Origin: the human T2T-CHM13v2.0 reference genome, Homo sapiens
Reading direction: 5' to 3' (one strand)
Length of the DNA: 64,000 nt
NCBI RefSeq assembly: GCF_009914755.1
Contig: NC_060929.1
In this document: piece by piece, positions 13,700 through 28,964 of the stretch
Position numbering within the stretch: the stretch's first letter is position 1
Layout: every line of letters starts with the position of its first letter
Notes under the pieces: generated by a model
What the model was told of the DNA's origin: nothing
The model's database searches: none
The model's input: only the letters and a program-made list of their open reading frames with translations
Position numbers and translations under genes: made by a program

Positions 13700-14010
13700 G
13701 GCTGGGTGCGGTGGCCGACGCCTGTAATCCCAGCACTTTGGGAGGCAGAGGCAGGCAGATCACTTGAGGTCAGGAGTTCGAGACCAGCCTGGCCAACATG
13801 GTGAAACCCCATCTCTACAAAAATACAAAAATTAGCCAGGTGTGGTAGCCTGTGCCTGTAATCCCAGCTACTTGGGAGGCTGAGCTGGAGAATCACTTGA
13901 ACCCAGAAGGCGGAGGTTGCAGTGAGTCAAGATTGTGCCACTGCACTCTAGCCTGGGTGACAGAGTGAGACTCTGTCCCAAAATAAATTAAATAAATAAA
14001 TAAAATAAAA
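13700..14010 (+). mobile_element. AluSx/Sz
   Basis: Full dimer, (taaa)n tail, degenerate TSD aaaat(a/g)atca(a)gata. Confidence 0.95.
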
Positions 14011-14019
14011 TGATCAGAT

Positions 14020-14900
14020 AGAAAAGGCATGGACTAGTAATTCACAGAATAAATACCTGTAGGCAAGAAAGATATGAAAAGGTGTTCAACTGCAATGGTC
14101 ATTAAAATAACATTTAAAATGACCTTTTGTTTTTTGCCCATAAGAGTGACAACAAATAAATAAATGGCATCCAGTGCTGGTAAGGGTGTAAGGAATTAGC
14201 CAATCCTATATACAGTAGGTAATATAAAATTTTAAATAGGCATAGCCATTGACCTAGCAATATCAATCCTGGAAGTTCAGCCTTGAGATATTCTTCTGTG
14301 GGCATTTACTTAATAATGTTGATTTGCTCTTAATAGCAAAAACTAGAAGTTACTCACATTGGTAGTGGGTTAGTTAAAAAAACTTTGTCCATCCAAATAA
14401 TAGAGTACTATATATCCCTTTTTTAAAGGGTGAATTATACCTAAATGCACTGATGTGGGAAGATTTCCATGTAGAAAAACAAGTTTTAGAAGACAATGCA
14501 TAGTATGATCTGATATTCTTAAAAGGTGTACACGTGTGCACACACATTCTAAAGGGTCCTTGCCAACCTCCATTCCTTGCATCTCGCCACGCCCACCTCA
14601 CACTTCGGATACCAGCGCCATAGGGAACCTCCAGCTTCCCTGATGTGTCATGCATTCTCTTAAGAACACGTGCTCTCCATCTGCCTGGAGCCCTGACCTC
14701 CTGCTCGGTGCCTGCCTAATTCCTCACCTTAATCCTATGTTACTGCAGGAATCTGGAAGGGTATACACCAAACTGTTAACATGGATGTTCCTGAGGTTGA
14801 GGTGTCAGGGTATTTTCACTTTCTGTATCATACTTTCCTGAATTGTTTGAATTCCTAATAATAATACATTGTAATTATTTTATGATTAGGAAAAAAGAAC
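14020..14900 (+). mobile_element. Degraded L1ME-like fragments
   Basis: 'atatgaaaaggtgttcaac', 'ccattgacctagcaat', 'tctggaagggtatacaccaaactgttaaca'. Confidence 0.55.
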
Positions 14901-15529
14901 ACTGCAACTATACAGACAACAACTGAAAAATAAAGAGATCAGAAGATCAGATTTTTGCCTCTTGTCCTACAACTATTGCTACATTCTGTCGTCTGTAAAT
15001 TTCTCCAGTTCCAGTTAGACAGCACCCATCTGTGGACTCACAATCTCCAAATAAAGCCTGAAAAATCTAGGATAGAGGGAGTGAGATAGAGAGGAAAAGG
15101 AGGAGGTGACTTGCCAGTGATTTAAAAAGACAGAGCTTACTTCCAAATTTGAGGTTAGGAGACTTGAGTATTTTCAGTGCTACGGAATGAAAGCCCAGGC
15201 TTTGGTTCATTGCCCAGCTTCTCAGAGAAGCTAAAGAGAAATAACTTTACTAGGATCCTAGATACATTGTTTTAATTTACTCTATATTATTTAGCACCCC
15301 ATACCAAAAAGAACTTCAAAGAATGTCCTTTTGTTAACTATAAAATAAATCAAAACTCAACCACTTAATTGATTTTAGGAAAACAGAGTATATTTGTAAA
15401 ACCTTAGGTATCAGAATATTGAGGTTATAATCTGAGTCTCGCAATAACAAGTAGCGTTCATGTTAGCACATTCCACCCTAAACACAGCAAGTTCTTCTTT
15501 ATTTTCTTCCTCTCTGTCACCTGCTGACC

Positions 15530-15830
15530 TCCCCACCCTCCATGCAATGAGGCTCTGGGCTCCATCGATTATCTTTCCTAAGTGCCTCTCAAATCCTTCC
15601 ATGGCCACTGCTCTACCTTGGGTCCACGTCCTCTCTCGCCTAGACCACTGCCTCACCTGGTCTCCTTTTCCCGAGTGTTCTATTCTCCACATTGCAGCTA
15701 CACTACTCTTAAAGTGCAAAATGTGAACATGTCCTTTCTCTGCTTTAACCCTTTTGGTGTCTCCCAGAGCTCACAAGACAAAGTCTGAACTCTGAGTCTA
15801 GGATAAGGCTTAAGAAGGCTTTCTTACTAG
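15530..15830 (+). mobile_element. L2 fragment
   Basis: 'ctctcgcctagaccactgcctcacctggtctcc', 'tattctccacattgcagc', 'aagacaaagtctgaactc'. Confidence 0.65.
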
Positions 15831-16338
15831 GCACTACCTTGGTTAGAGCAGTGATTCTCAACCCTGAGGTTTAAAAACCATTGTTTTCAATGCCAATGCA
15901 TTTTGAAAACTCATCCCAGATGATTCCACCCCAAGAAGCCAGATGCCTTTAGTGAGAGAAACGCTGATGAGGGACAAGATGCTGTGTGAGGCCAAGAAGA
16001 AGGCAAGTCAGAGGTCCAGAAGTGGATGCAGCCTGGAATTTGGCATTAACCAAAGCTGGCTTTCCAGTTCAGGTTAGGCCTTTGTTCTTAGGATTTGCAC
16101 CAAATAAGACTCATTTCATCTCATCGCCTGGTCCGGGAGGAAGGTGCTGGTTACATGCTCTAGTCAGGAACTCTTTGAGAAAACAATTTAAATATTGAAT
16201 CTGCTCTGCTGTAAATAATGCATCAACTTATTTTGAAAAGTGAATATTTAATAAGTTGCAGTGCAGCGATTTGAATGTGGAATTTAATCTGCTTATAAAA
16301 TCCACAAGTGAAAAACCAATTCATATAAATTACTATAA

Positions 16339-16854
<516 letters not shown>

Positions 16855-16969
16855 TAGAGAGAGAGCAGTGTCTCTTAGGTAACTGTGCATTCTAATTTAT
16901 AAGTCTTACTACAAGGGTCTTTTCCATTTATTTTTATACTAATTATGTACTCGTTGTTATTATTACCCT

Positions 16970-17150
16970 TGAACTAGACAGGCCTGCATTTGGATACCTG
17001 AGAGTTTAAAAATCTCTGAGAGTTACTAGTTGGGTTTGAAATCCCTGAGAGTTACTAGTTGAGTGACTTCTGGTCAATTGACTTACGCTTACCAAGCCTC
17101 TAGTTCTCTGGTTATTGTCTGTGTAAGGTAAGTATGTAAGACTTCTTAAA
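16970..17150 (+). mobile_element. MIR with internal tandem duplication
   Basis: 'gacttctggtcaattgacttacgcttaccaagcctctagttctctgg' plus repeated 'aaatc(t/c)ctgagagttactagttg'. Confidence 0.55.
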
Positions 17151-17711
17151 AACAAGCTAGAAATCGAATGCATATCAGTTCTTCTCCTCTCTTTCCTCCC
17201 TCCCCACTCCCCATCATACACTGTACCATAACCTCTGTGTTGTATTTGTGCAGTTGATGATCTCTTCTTAGGACTGAAATGTATTTTCTTGCGGTTATGT
17301 ACTCTTTGATAATGTCAGTTCAGAAGGAAACATTGGCCCCACTGTAGTACAGGGGGGTATACTGTAGCACAGGAGAGCACTGGTTGGCTGTCAGGAGGCC
17401 ATTCCAAGTGGCATTTATCCTGTAGGAATTCACAAGGGTTCAAGGTATTGTGTCAGCCATCCAGACATAGGACTTTATTTGTCCTATATACAGATGAAGG
17501 GTCTCTCTGCTTGGGGATTATGTATGTTAACCAAGGCCACAGAGACTGATATATACAAACCAGAATGCTGATTCTTTTCATGTATGATGAAAAATATACA
17601 ATTACTGGTGAGGGGGTGGGCAGTGGTGGGGGTAGGGTGAGACAATTTATTAGAAGTACAAACCAAGGGAAATTGGCTCCACAGTGTCAATGCTTAGGTC
17701 ACCCTAACAGA

Positions 17712-17741
17712 TCTCTCTCTCTCTCTCTGTGTCTCTCCCTG

Positions 17742-17794
<53 letters not shown>
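17712..17794 (+). repeat. Compound (TC)n(CA)n microsatellite
   Basis: Directly visible. Confidence 0.97.
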
Positions 17795-17797
<3 letters not shown>

Positions 17798-18524
17798 TTT
17801 CATTTTTCTATGTTCTAGTCTGTGCTATTCTGTTCATGCATCTCTCCAACTAAAGTCCTATAACATTCCAACCCATTGCCTTGAGTTCTCCTTGGTTGAT
17901 CTCCTGGGTGTCCCAACTCTCAGATAGTCCTGTCACACTCATGGGGCTTTATTGCCTAGTTTACATGGGGGTGCTTCTTTCCTGCCTGCTGCTTCCCTCT
18001 TTGTGGGTGAAGATCAGTTGCTATAATGGCCTGGCCTTTCTTCCTCTTCCCCTTTCACTCAATTCTTCTCTTTCAGCCCCCAGGAAGACGCAGTAGCTTC
18101 TCTCCTTGGTAAATTTGGGAAAAATAAACTGGATGTAAAAAGATCAGCTTTCACCTCTATAGTTTCACTCTCCTTTTCTATGTTTTCAAGGCTAACCAGC
18201 CTCTCTGAAGACTGCTTTAAATCTTTATTCTAATATGACAATATGTTCAGTCAGCTCTCCCAGATTTTATATAACTGGGAGTTGTCTTTTTCAGCTCCCC
18301 TCAGTGCCTCTCTGCTCTGAGTTAAAATCTGTTGCTTTCAAAGCTTAATTGTCAGATGCCATTCATTCAAAAAATACTAATCAGTGCAGGTACTGTCCTG
18401 GGTTTGGGAAATAAAATGAGAAACAAAATGAACATGGTCTAGCCCTCATGAAGTTCACATTTTCATTTTATTATCTGGTCTTATTTTTGCATTCCTACCT
18501 GGGGAAAGCCTCACCACAGCACAT

Positions 18525-18765
18525 TTTTGATGGTAGAAAGAGCTCTGAACCTTTGAATCAGGCAGATCTGGGTGGAATTCTAACTCAGCCACTCACTAGC
18601 TGTATGTCAGTAGACAGCCAATGAATTGCTCTGAGCCTTAGTTGTCTTAAAAGTTAAATTGCTATGTAGTTAAAGTCCATGATGCTGTTGTGAGAATAAA
18701 ATGAAATAGTGCATGCAAAAAGTCTTAGCAGAGAACTTGGAACTGGTAAGCACCTCATAAATGTA
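18525..18765 (+). mobile_element. MIR, near full length
   Basis: 'aatcaggcagatctggg...ctcagccactcactagctgtatg...gttgtgagaataaaatgaaatagtgcatgcaaaaagtcttagca'. Confidence 0.8.
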
Positions 18766-19789
18766 AGAAGACACTTACTAATGTAATAAATGTACAATAT
18801 AATAGCCGCTGTGCTCCCTTTTCCCCCCTGAACTTAAGCTTCTTGTGAGCTGGAACCATGTCTTACACTTCCTAAGGTCATAGTAGAAGCTCAATAAACG
18901 TGTCAATTCAATTGATTAGTTAAATGAGATTCACAATAGGCTCTTGTCTTAATTAGCCTTCTGTTTTTTTTATTGGTGATAAACATATCTGGTTTTTCCC
19001 CCAAAGCTGTGTAACTATGTAGCCATTGTAAAATATGTCTTTTAATAGCTTCATGTCTAATTTTCTATATTTCAAATATGTCTCCATAAAATCACAATAA
19101 TTTTTAGCTGTGACTTTGACTAAATCTTCACTAATGTATAAATAATTTTATTGTTAAAAACTAAGAAAATTTAAACTGGTTATTTTAATAGTTTATTTAT
19201 GTGTTACAATAAATCATACTGGTTATGTATACAAATGGAAGGAGACATTGACATGAAGAGTTGAAGAAAAGGTTAACATATTTTCTTTATGATTTTTGAG
19301 TACGGATGTTCCAATGATCCTGGAATTCTCATTGTTTCAAATAAAATGATGAGGTCATTGTAAAAACATCTGAGTTGAGACAGCAGAGTCATGCTTTTGC
19401 ATCCTGTCCTGTGGAACTGCACTCTGATCTTCAGCTTACCACAAAAATCGGCTATAGCACCTTCAAACTGATGAAATGCTCACCTAAGCCACACTCTTCT
19501 GTCAAAGCTGGCTGTTTTCTACATCCTGGCTTCCTTGTTGCTGACTTAAAAGCTTTTCTTATTAGCTTTTTATTGGAAAAGTTAACAAATTTTAGGGTAT
19601 TGGCAAATTGTTCAGTAAAATTATGTTGATGATGTTAACAAGAATGTTAAAGAAAATTTTGCAGGTGATAACACACCGATGGTATGGTAGGAGTTGGGAA
19701 CCTGGGCTCCCAGACCTCTCGGGGTATCAGTGGATGCTTGAACAAGGTGTTTGGGATACAAGTGGCAATGGTCCACACCCATATGTAAT

Positions 19790-20310
19790 TTTCAGTCAAG
19801 TAGGGGAGGTAGACAATAAACACATAATTATAGATAGATAATATGTGTTAAAAGAAAAGTGAATAGGAAGCTGTAAGGAGAATAAGGAGAAGTTAGCTTT
19901 GGTAGTTGGTCAGGGGAGGCCCCGCTGAGGAGACTGAATTGAAGAAAGAGAAGGAGTCAGTTTAGGGAGGACCTGGAGAGGCGATGCCTCAGGCAGAGGA
20001 GAGCAAGGCAGAGGCTGCGTAGGATGAACTTGGCGCAGTCTCAGAAGCGTGGCTCAGCCGGGCTGGCTGGGGTACAGGGAGGACAACACCCAGCGCCAAG
20101 TTCTATTTTATTTAAAGTGCAGTGGAAAGCCACTGAGGGGTTCATAAACCAGGTCGGGACTGGAACTGATTTGCATTTTTAAGGACTGTTCAATATTTGA
20201 TGTGGAGAACATTGTAATGGGGTTCACATGGAAGCAGGAAGACCAGTTAGGAAACAAAGCGGTAGTCCAGTGAGAGATGACGGTGGCTTCTATAAGGCTG
20301 GTGGTCGTGG
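19790..20310 (-). mobile_element. L2 fragment
   Basis: 'ggtcaggggaggccccgctgagga', 'gcagtggaaagccactgaggg', 'ggaagcaggaagaccagttagga...gtagtccagtgagagatgacggtggc'. Confidence 0.75.
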
Positions 20311-21300
20311 GCCTCAGGAAGAAAGGTGGTGTAAATCTAAAGATGCATACATAAAAATATCTCCTAGTTAGATCACTGCTTTCTTAAAATAATGAGAATT
20401 GAGTGTCTTACAGGCAATGTCGTCCTCAAAACACACACTGACATTACAGAACAATGTCTCATTTCCACATAAATGCATAGATTTGACAGGCACTTTTCAT
20501 TGAATCCTCACATCTGAGCAGAAGAGAACACTCATACCAGCCATAAGCATAGGAACTCGGAGATGGTGACTGATTCTCCTGCCAAGCAAACTCCTGTTCT
20601 TCGTGATTGGCAGAGGCTGCCATGTGGGCAACAGGTCTGTCTATGTACAACTGTCTTAAAATTGGCTGGAGTATTGGGTCTGTGTGGGAGGTGTGTATTA
20701 TTAAAGGTATATTGGGAAGATATAGGTAACCCTCCCAGGTTACCTTGGGAGGATGTAGTGAATGAAGATGATGTGTGTGCGTGTGTGTGTGTGAGCGTGC
20801 TAGTGTGACTTGCTGCTTTAATAGCTTATGCATCACCATAGCCAGCTATAAACGGAACAAGTTCATAGAAACTCCATTAATAAAAAGCGTCAGAGAAATG
20901 GCTTCACTTATTGACATAAGTATAAAACCTCTCCACAGTATACTTCGTATGACATCAAAATTCCTTGGCAGCAACTATAACAGATTTGAAATAAATAACT
21001 TGGTAAAATCAGTCTACAAAACCTATAGTCTGTGAGGCATAATTTGGGCCTGTTCTCTAGGTAATGAAATAATTATACAAAACGGCGTAATTTGGTTTGA
21101 ACACAGTAAAGGAAAAGAAAACTCAAGACTTCCATTTAACTGTATTTTTTCTCTCAAGGTCCTGAAATCTGTGGCTTACTAGGATTTGGGAGTGGAAATC
21201 CATTTTGTTTAGGTGACTGAGATGTTTGAGGTGGGGAGAAGTTAAAAGGAAGCGGGGCTGCTACTTGAAGGTAGAACAAAAGCTGGACCCTGGATCATAG

Positions 21301-21707
<407 letters not shown>

Positions 21708-22513
21708 TCAAGTACCTTCAATTGGCAGAACGTTATTTGCATTTAGAATCCTAAATTCAAAATAATCTGAAAATAATTGTTTTCAATTTTGCAATGAAGG
21801 AAAGCACCCAAGAAAATAGGTTGGAATTGGTGCTGAGGACCAATTCGTCACATCTGTTACAGAAGAGAGAACTGGGGGGATGATTTTAGTGGAATGAGTC
21901 TCTCCTTCCCTCAGGTCAAAAAAGAAGAGCTTCAGGGACACTACTCAGAAAGCTAGAAGTGTGTCCTCTGCAGTTTGGGCATTAGGGTGGGATGTATTCT
22001 GACTCCTGCCTGGGGAGTGTGAAAATGAGAGACACTCTGACTACAGGAGCAAAGCAATTTGGCACTGCATCATGATTGGCCTGTTCTTCTAGAGCTTCAG
22101 ATTCAAGAGGAAGAAAGTAAAAGGAAGCATGAAGGTTTCTGATGTACTTGATGGCCCACATTCCAAAGAGAGCTGATGTGGAGTTGATTCATGTCTGTCC
22201 ATGTGGGTTGTCTGAAGAGGAGAAGGGGCTTCACCAGGAAGAGGCTGGAGGTCAGCCATGAAATTCTTAGGAGTGAGGAAAGAGGTGTGGCATGGAACAG
22301 GAAGAGAGTACAGCATTTCCAAACATTTCCCCTAAGAAAAGGAATTGGGTTTATTGCCTGCCAGGCCTGGGGAGGATGCTGAAGGCTCACACCAGCTCCA
22401 GACAGTATCAATGGTCCTGCCTTCTTTAATCTCCTCTTTCCCCATACTTCAAAGGTCAGATACTATGGGTGCAAGAGAGAATGAAGGAGGAGATGAAAGG
22501 TGAGGGAAATGAG

Positions 22514-22870
22514 TGTTATGCACTTAATTGTGTCCCCCCGAATTTATATGTTGAAGCCTCAACTCCTAATGAGTTATCTCTAAAAGGTAAGGCTTTTATG
22601 GAAATAATTAAGGTTAAATGATATCATAAGCCCTTATCTAATAGGATTAGTGTACTTAAAAGACAGCAGAGAGCTTGCTTGCTGTCTCTACCATATGAGG
22701 ACACAGAAAGAAGGTGGCCATCTGTAAGCCAGGAAGAGAGCCCTTACCGGGATCCAAATTGGCCAGCATCTTGATCTTGGACTCCCAGCCTCTAGAATTG
22801 TGAGAAATATATTTCTGTTGTTTAAGCCCCCCAGTCTATGTTATTTTATAAAGATAGCAAAAGCAGACTG
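22514..22870 (+). mobile_element. MLT1A/B-like MaLR solo LTR
   Basis: 'tgttatgcacttaattgtgtcccccc...ttatatgttgaagc', 'gccatctgtaagccaggaagagagccc', 'ttggactcccagcctctagaattgtgagaaat'. Confidence 0.88.
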
Positions 22871-24284
22871 TGAGAAGCTAAGTCGCTTCCTCTGTCTGCT
22901 GGTAACTTGCAAATGGGAGGGAGAAAGTGTTTTAGCCTTAAACCGAGTTTAGAGTTTCAATGATTATATAAAGCCAAATATTTTTGCTTACTGAATTGAG
23001 ATCAAAACTTGTTATATTTTATTCCCAGAGAGTGACCAGAAATAGCATGAGATTGTTTGAGACTTCTTCCAGGAGCTGGAGAAGAACTAGTCTGAAGAGT
23101 TAATTTAGAGTCAATGGGGGCAGAAGACAAAATTGCTTGATGATTACATCCTAAGAATTGTTCTTGTTCAGCATACTGATTATAAATTAGCCTTCCAAAT
23201 CAATATATCTTGTTTTATACTAGAGACACTCAGATATCCTAAAGGAGATAGAGTGACTCCAGGCCCCTTAGAAATGACTATACCTGGCAGAGCATGCCAA
23301 CTGGAATCAGGTTGGCCCATCATGAAAACAAAGGAAAATGGAAGAGCCAGCTGACTGGGTGCACTTTTGGAGACATCTATTATCAGATTTCTTTCCATTT
23401 CCAAATGCACAAATGACCTCTCAAGACTTAGGGGGAATTCATATTTGTGAGGACTCGAGCCCATGCAAACCATAGCATTTAAGTTGGAGTTGTTTAATGA
23501 ATCACAGCCTAATTTCCTCTGTTGCTCATGGCTATTTTGTTGTTGCTTAAAATGTTTGCCAAGAAAAGGGTTATATAACTTCTTACCTTAACATGGCAGA
23601 GCATATTTGGTAGGTGATGAGTAAACTGCCTAAGCTGTGCAGCACAGAGTCCAGTTATAACCTGTGTGGAACTGGCATTTGTGTAAATAGTCTGACAAGA
23701 AAGTTTAATTTCATTACAAGTACTTAAAGCCAAACAAGGGGATTCTGTCTGTTAGCTTCTGGTTTGGTTTCTTCAGCTACTCTGGCCTCTTTCCCAGGTG
23801 GATAATTCTTGTTACTAAAATAGTACAGCTCTAAGGCAGGCCACATGATGTTTGAACGGAGTTAGGGCAGATGGCAAACATTCTTGACCTTCTATCAGCA
23901 TGAAACCAGAGTAGGTTAATGCCCTCTTAGTGGCAAGAAGACCAGTCTGGTAAAGTTTAAGAGTTAGCATTTCAAATGTATTTGTTTATTTGATATTAGA
24001 GTTTGAAGACATTGACTAACATTGTCAAAATTTGGTACACTGCTAAAGGAAATCAACATACACTTTTAAAAGTCTGTATGGAGTATAAGTTGCTCAGTTT
24101 TCATGCAGGGGTAAATAGCACCAGGTGATAATGTACTGTGTTTTGACCCTCTCCTCTGATGCTAGTTTGCCCAGAAATGAGTAAATGCCTAGCAAATTAA
24201 GGTGGGCTCATAGGTTCAAACGCCAATCAATAAAGCTAAAGATAAGCACTTAGCAATGTTGAATTAAGGAAATTGTCTAACTGA

Positions 24285-25160
24285 GATTAATTTCCACACC
24301 ATAAAATTTGTCTGTTTCAAGTTTTCAATTGTATTATTTTTGCAGAATTATGCAACCATCACTACCACCCAGTTTTACAACTTTTTCATTGCCTCAAAGA
24401 ATTGCCTCATGCCCATTTGCAGTGAATCTCTACTCCACCCTCAGCCCCAGGAAACCACTAATCTAATTTCTGTCTCTATAGATTTCATATAAATGAGATA
24501 CAATATGTATTCATGTGTACATCTGGCTCCTTTCAGTTAGCATAAAGTTTGGCTTTTATGAATAATCATGCAATGAACATTTGCCTACAAGTCTTTGTAT
24601 AGATACTTGATTTTATTTCTCTTGGATAGACACTTCAGAGTGGAATTACTGGTTTGTATGGTGAGTTTATGTTTATTTTTTTCAGAAACTACCAAACTAT
24701 TTTCCAAAGTAGCTGTACCATTTTCCATCCCCATCAGCAATTTTCCAATTGCTTCATATTCTCTCCAACACTCTTTATTGTCCATCTTTTCTATTTTAGT
24801 CACCCTAGTGTATCGAGTAGTAACTCATTGTGGTTTTACTTTGCATTTCTCTAGTGAGCAATGACATCCAACATCTTTTCATATGCTTGTTAAACAATCC
24901 TATATCTTCTTGGTGAAATATTTGTTTAGTCCATTTTTAAATTGTGTTGTTTGTTTTCTTGTATATCGAGTTATAAGAGTTCTTTATATGTTCTAAATTC
25001 AGGTCCTTTGTTAGATAGATGATTTGCAAGTACTTTCTTCTAGCCTGCGACTTGTCTTTTTGTTGACTTAGTGGGGTCTTTTGAAGTACAAAAGTTTTTG
25101 ATTGTGATGAAGTCCAATTTATCAACATTCATATTTTATGGATTATGCTTTCGTTGTGAC
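24285..25160 (-). mobile_element. L1MB/MC-like fragment (ORF2 end and 3' UTR)
   Basis: 'ttttccaaagtagctgtaccattttccatccccatcagcaa'; ORF 24937..25128 resembles the L1 ORF2 C-terminal region. Confidence 0.85.
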
Positions 25161-25496
25161 TGACTTTTTTTGTATAATGGTTCTACCATAAATGGGTGCA
25201 TGGGAACATATATTCTTCTCTTTCTGTTTTGCTATATCCCTAAAGCAGCTCAAAAGTATTCTACTGAAGAAAAATAGTGATAAGGGAGTTTCATATAGGC
25301 ACAGTCTCTAACATTGCTTTGAGATTGGAGAAAAATGACCTTGATTTGAATGAAGGGGAGAAAAAACCCCTAAAACGCAGCAAGAAAGTTATTCTGAGAT
25401 AAATGTTGCATTAAACCTAACATTAAATTAATATTAACAGTTATTAGCAATCCAGACGAGCAGGAAGGGAAGAAGTGGTTAAAACTTAACGTTGTT

Positions 25497-25585
25497 ATTG
25501 CTTGAGCTCGGGAGTTCAAGACCACCCTGGGCAACATAGTTGGACCCCGTCTCGAAGAACAGTTGGACCCATCTCAAAAAACAAA
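25497..25585 (+). mobile_element. 5'-truncated FLAM/Alu left monomer
   Basis: 'attgcttgagctcgggagttcaagaccaccctgggcaacatag', A tail, degenerate TSD, internal repeat of 'agttggaccc'. Confidence 0.8.
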
Positions 25586-26574
25586 CAACATAACATTATT
25601 GATTCTTTCTGGGGACAATAAGTGAAAAAACAGAGGACTTAATTGTTTAAGGAGGGGAGTTCTTAACTCCAGATGGTCCAAGGATGGACTGGCAGTGCTT
25701 TCTTCCCTGTTATTCACTCACCTCTTTTCTGGTGGCACAGGATGGGGCTGGTTAGTAGAGTGTAAAAGAGAGGAGAAAAAAGCCTAGCAATAGGTAAAGA
25801 AAATAGCGATGTAGATAAATTGGAGTCAGAAAACCCAGGCTTATATCCCAGCTATAGCCTCAACTAGTGAAATTCTGTCAGTACACTTGATCTCACAGTC
25901 ATTGTTTCTTCCCCTTTAACATGCAGACAATAATTCCTCTTTATAGCAGAATCAGGTGGGGGTGAGGTTGGGGGAGTTGCTTGTGAATGTGCCCACTGCA
26001 CTGTAGGAACCCAGAGGTCTCTACCACAAAGATGCAGAAAAGCTCTGGGCCAAAGCACCTCTAGGTGGGGCAAGAGTGTGCTAGCATGAGGTCCCAGAAG
26101 ATTAGAGATTGCCACCATTCGTGGCAAAAGTCAACATTTCCTCTGAAAACCTAACCAGACATTAAGAGGAAGAATCCCAGGCTCATCAGTCATCTAACAC
26201 GGAGAGTGGAATACAGGAAAAGCTCTCAGAGAGAAAGAAACTCTGTAGATTTCTGTTTTTATCTTAAGTTATTAATGGTGTGGGAGATCTTAAACAATAA
26301 TTGAAAGATAAATGATACCAGAGAACAAATGAGAGCAGAAGAGTTTTGTTGAAATCTAAGCACTATCATTAAAAAAAGAAAAAAGCATGAGGAATTTTTC
26401 TTATCAGGCAATTGAAGACATTGGTTGAGATAACCTCTGAGACTATTTCTTGTTTATGATTCTACCGCAAGGAAGAACTCTTCATAGAAGTAAGACTTTA
26501 CGCGCCAGAAAGAGTTTTTCCAGAAGAAATTTTAAGGTGGTTGATAAGACGGAGTTGCCCAAAAAATTTCTTTA

Positions 26575-26942
<368 letters not shown>

Positions 26943-28440
26943 ACTCACATGTGAAAAATGCTGAGGACAAGTTTTAATTCTGCAGATAGAATCTCGTTTA
27001 AATAGGAATCCAGAAAAAGCTGATAATTTGGAATGTGACACTGGGGGTGGGTAGCTTTCAGATCGCAATGTTAGACATAGCAATTAAATTTGGAAAGACC
27101 TGGATATTTGCAAATAGATCTGGACCTGTACACCTGGGCTTGGAGAAATCCTGTTAACCACAAATATTACAATTAAATAGATTGTCATGGAAAAGAATAT
27201 TTTCAGGGATTGGAAGTTTTCCCCTCATTCTCTGGGCTTGCAAATCTGGTTGTTAGCCCCCAGCTTAGACCCACCAAGCCAACTTATTTGTGGCATATAA
27301 AATGGCTGTGACTGAGTTCTAAAATATATGCTTCAATAGTTGAATACGATGTTGTATAAAAACTACTAAAGTAACTTCAACATTCACACTCGTGCTGGGT
27401 ATTTTTCTGTTCTTCCTCTCCACTGGTGACTGCGCTGCTCTTGGCCCTGGGAGGCTTGTCCTGTATGGATTGCAACAATCAGGGCTTTTGCTCTCTGGCT
27501 TCCTGTGGGACCCTGATGAACACCACCACACCTTAGTGTTAGGCATTCGAAAAGAACCCTGATCACATTTATCAACCTCAGAAGAATAAGAATGGGAGTT
27601 TTGTTTGGGATGTGTGTGTGTGGTGTGTTTTTGTATGAAAGTGTATTTCTGTAAATAACATTTGTGCCTCCTCAAGGCCAAACTTAAGGGAAAGAAGGAA
27701 GGAGAAAATAGATAAATGAACCCTGATTCTAGGCAATGACACCCCTGTCAGAAAGCCCCTTGTGTTATGGATGCAGGGCTCTTTGCCTGCAGGTCTTTTT
27801 GTGTGTGAGATAGTAAGAGTTTTATTGTATATCTCTGTAATCCATACTAACTGCAAAAAGCCCACACAGTAGCAAGTTATACAGTATTTCTACAAAGTAA
27901 AAACTACTTATAATTCCATTAGCCAAAGCTGACACTTTACAGTATGTCCTTTGAGACTTTCTCTTTCCTCCACTTCTCCATGTATTTATTTGCGTGTGTA
28001 TATTTGTGTGTTTAATTACTACAGCAACATGTGCTGATTTTGAAAAAACCCTGAATATATCAAATTGTATAGAGAAAAAAACTGAGTCAGATTTTTGTTT
28101 TGAATCAGAAGCTCCTAAAGAGGCATCAAAGTTACTTAAATATTTTTATTTCAAAATAACGTAAACTTTCTCCATACTCAGCCTTCAAAGCATGATGCTC
28201 ACAGAATGTGGTTATACATTCACAGCTTGAAAACAAGTCAAGGGACACCAGCTTGGTACAATTCCCTGAAACTTCCCCAGCTTTAGTTTCCCACTAGCTC
28301 TGTTCCTCTCTTCTTTTCAACGAGTAATTATTTAGTGATAAAAAGCTTAATAATCATAATCTTAGAGGAGTTTTAAAAAGCATTAGGTAGAATTTTTTTT
28401 TCCTTCTGAATAACTTAAAGGTGTTTTTAAGGAAAAGAAA

Positions 28441-28745
28441 GGACTGGGCACGGTGGCTCACACCTGTAATCCTAGCACTTTGGCAGGCCAAGATGGCTGG
28501 ATCTGCTGAGTTCAGGAGTTCATGACCAGCCTGGACAACATGGTGAGACCCTCGTCGCTACAAAAAAGAAAAAAAAATCAGTTGGGTGTGGTGGCATGTG
28601 CCTCTAGTCCCAGGTACCCTGGAAGCTGAGGTGGGAGGACCACCTGAGCCTGGAGAAGTTGAGGCTGCCAGTGAGCCATGATCATGCTACTGCTCTTCAG
28701 CCTGGGCGACAGGGTAATACCCTGTTTCAAGTAAACAAATGCAGA
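28441..28745 (+). mobile_element. AluJ
   Basis: J features 'gaggtgggaggaccacctgagcctggagaagttgaggctgc'; highly diverged. Confidence 0.9.
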
Positions 28746-28964
28746 AAAAGAAAGATTTTTCATTGTAAAAATAATGTTATTGTTATAAAAACTTCAAGTA
28801 ATAGAAAAATAGATATAAAATGAAGTGCAAAAGCATGCCATTCCCCTGTCAATTCTTATCTAAAACCACCTAATTCTCACACCTCAGAAATAACCACTGA
28901 TTAAGCATATTTTTATAAAAAATTGAATAAACAGGACAAATTTTCTTCAGATGTTTTTAAGATA

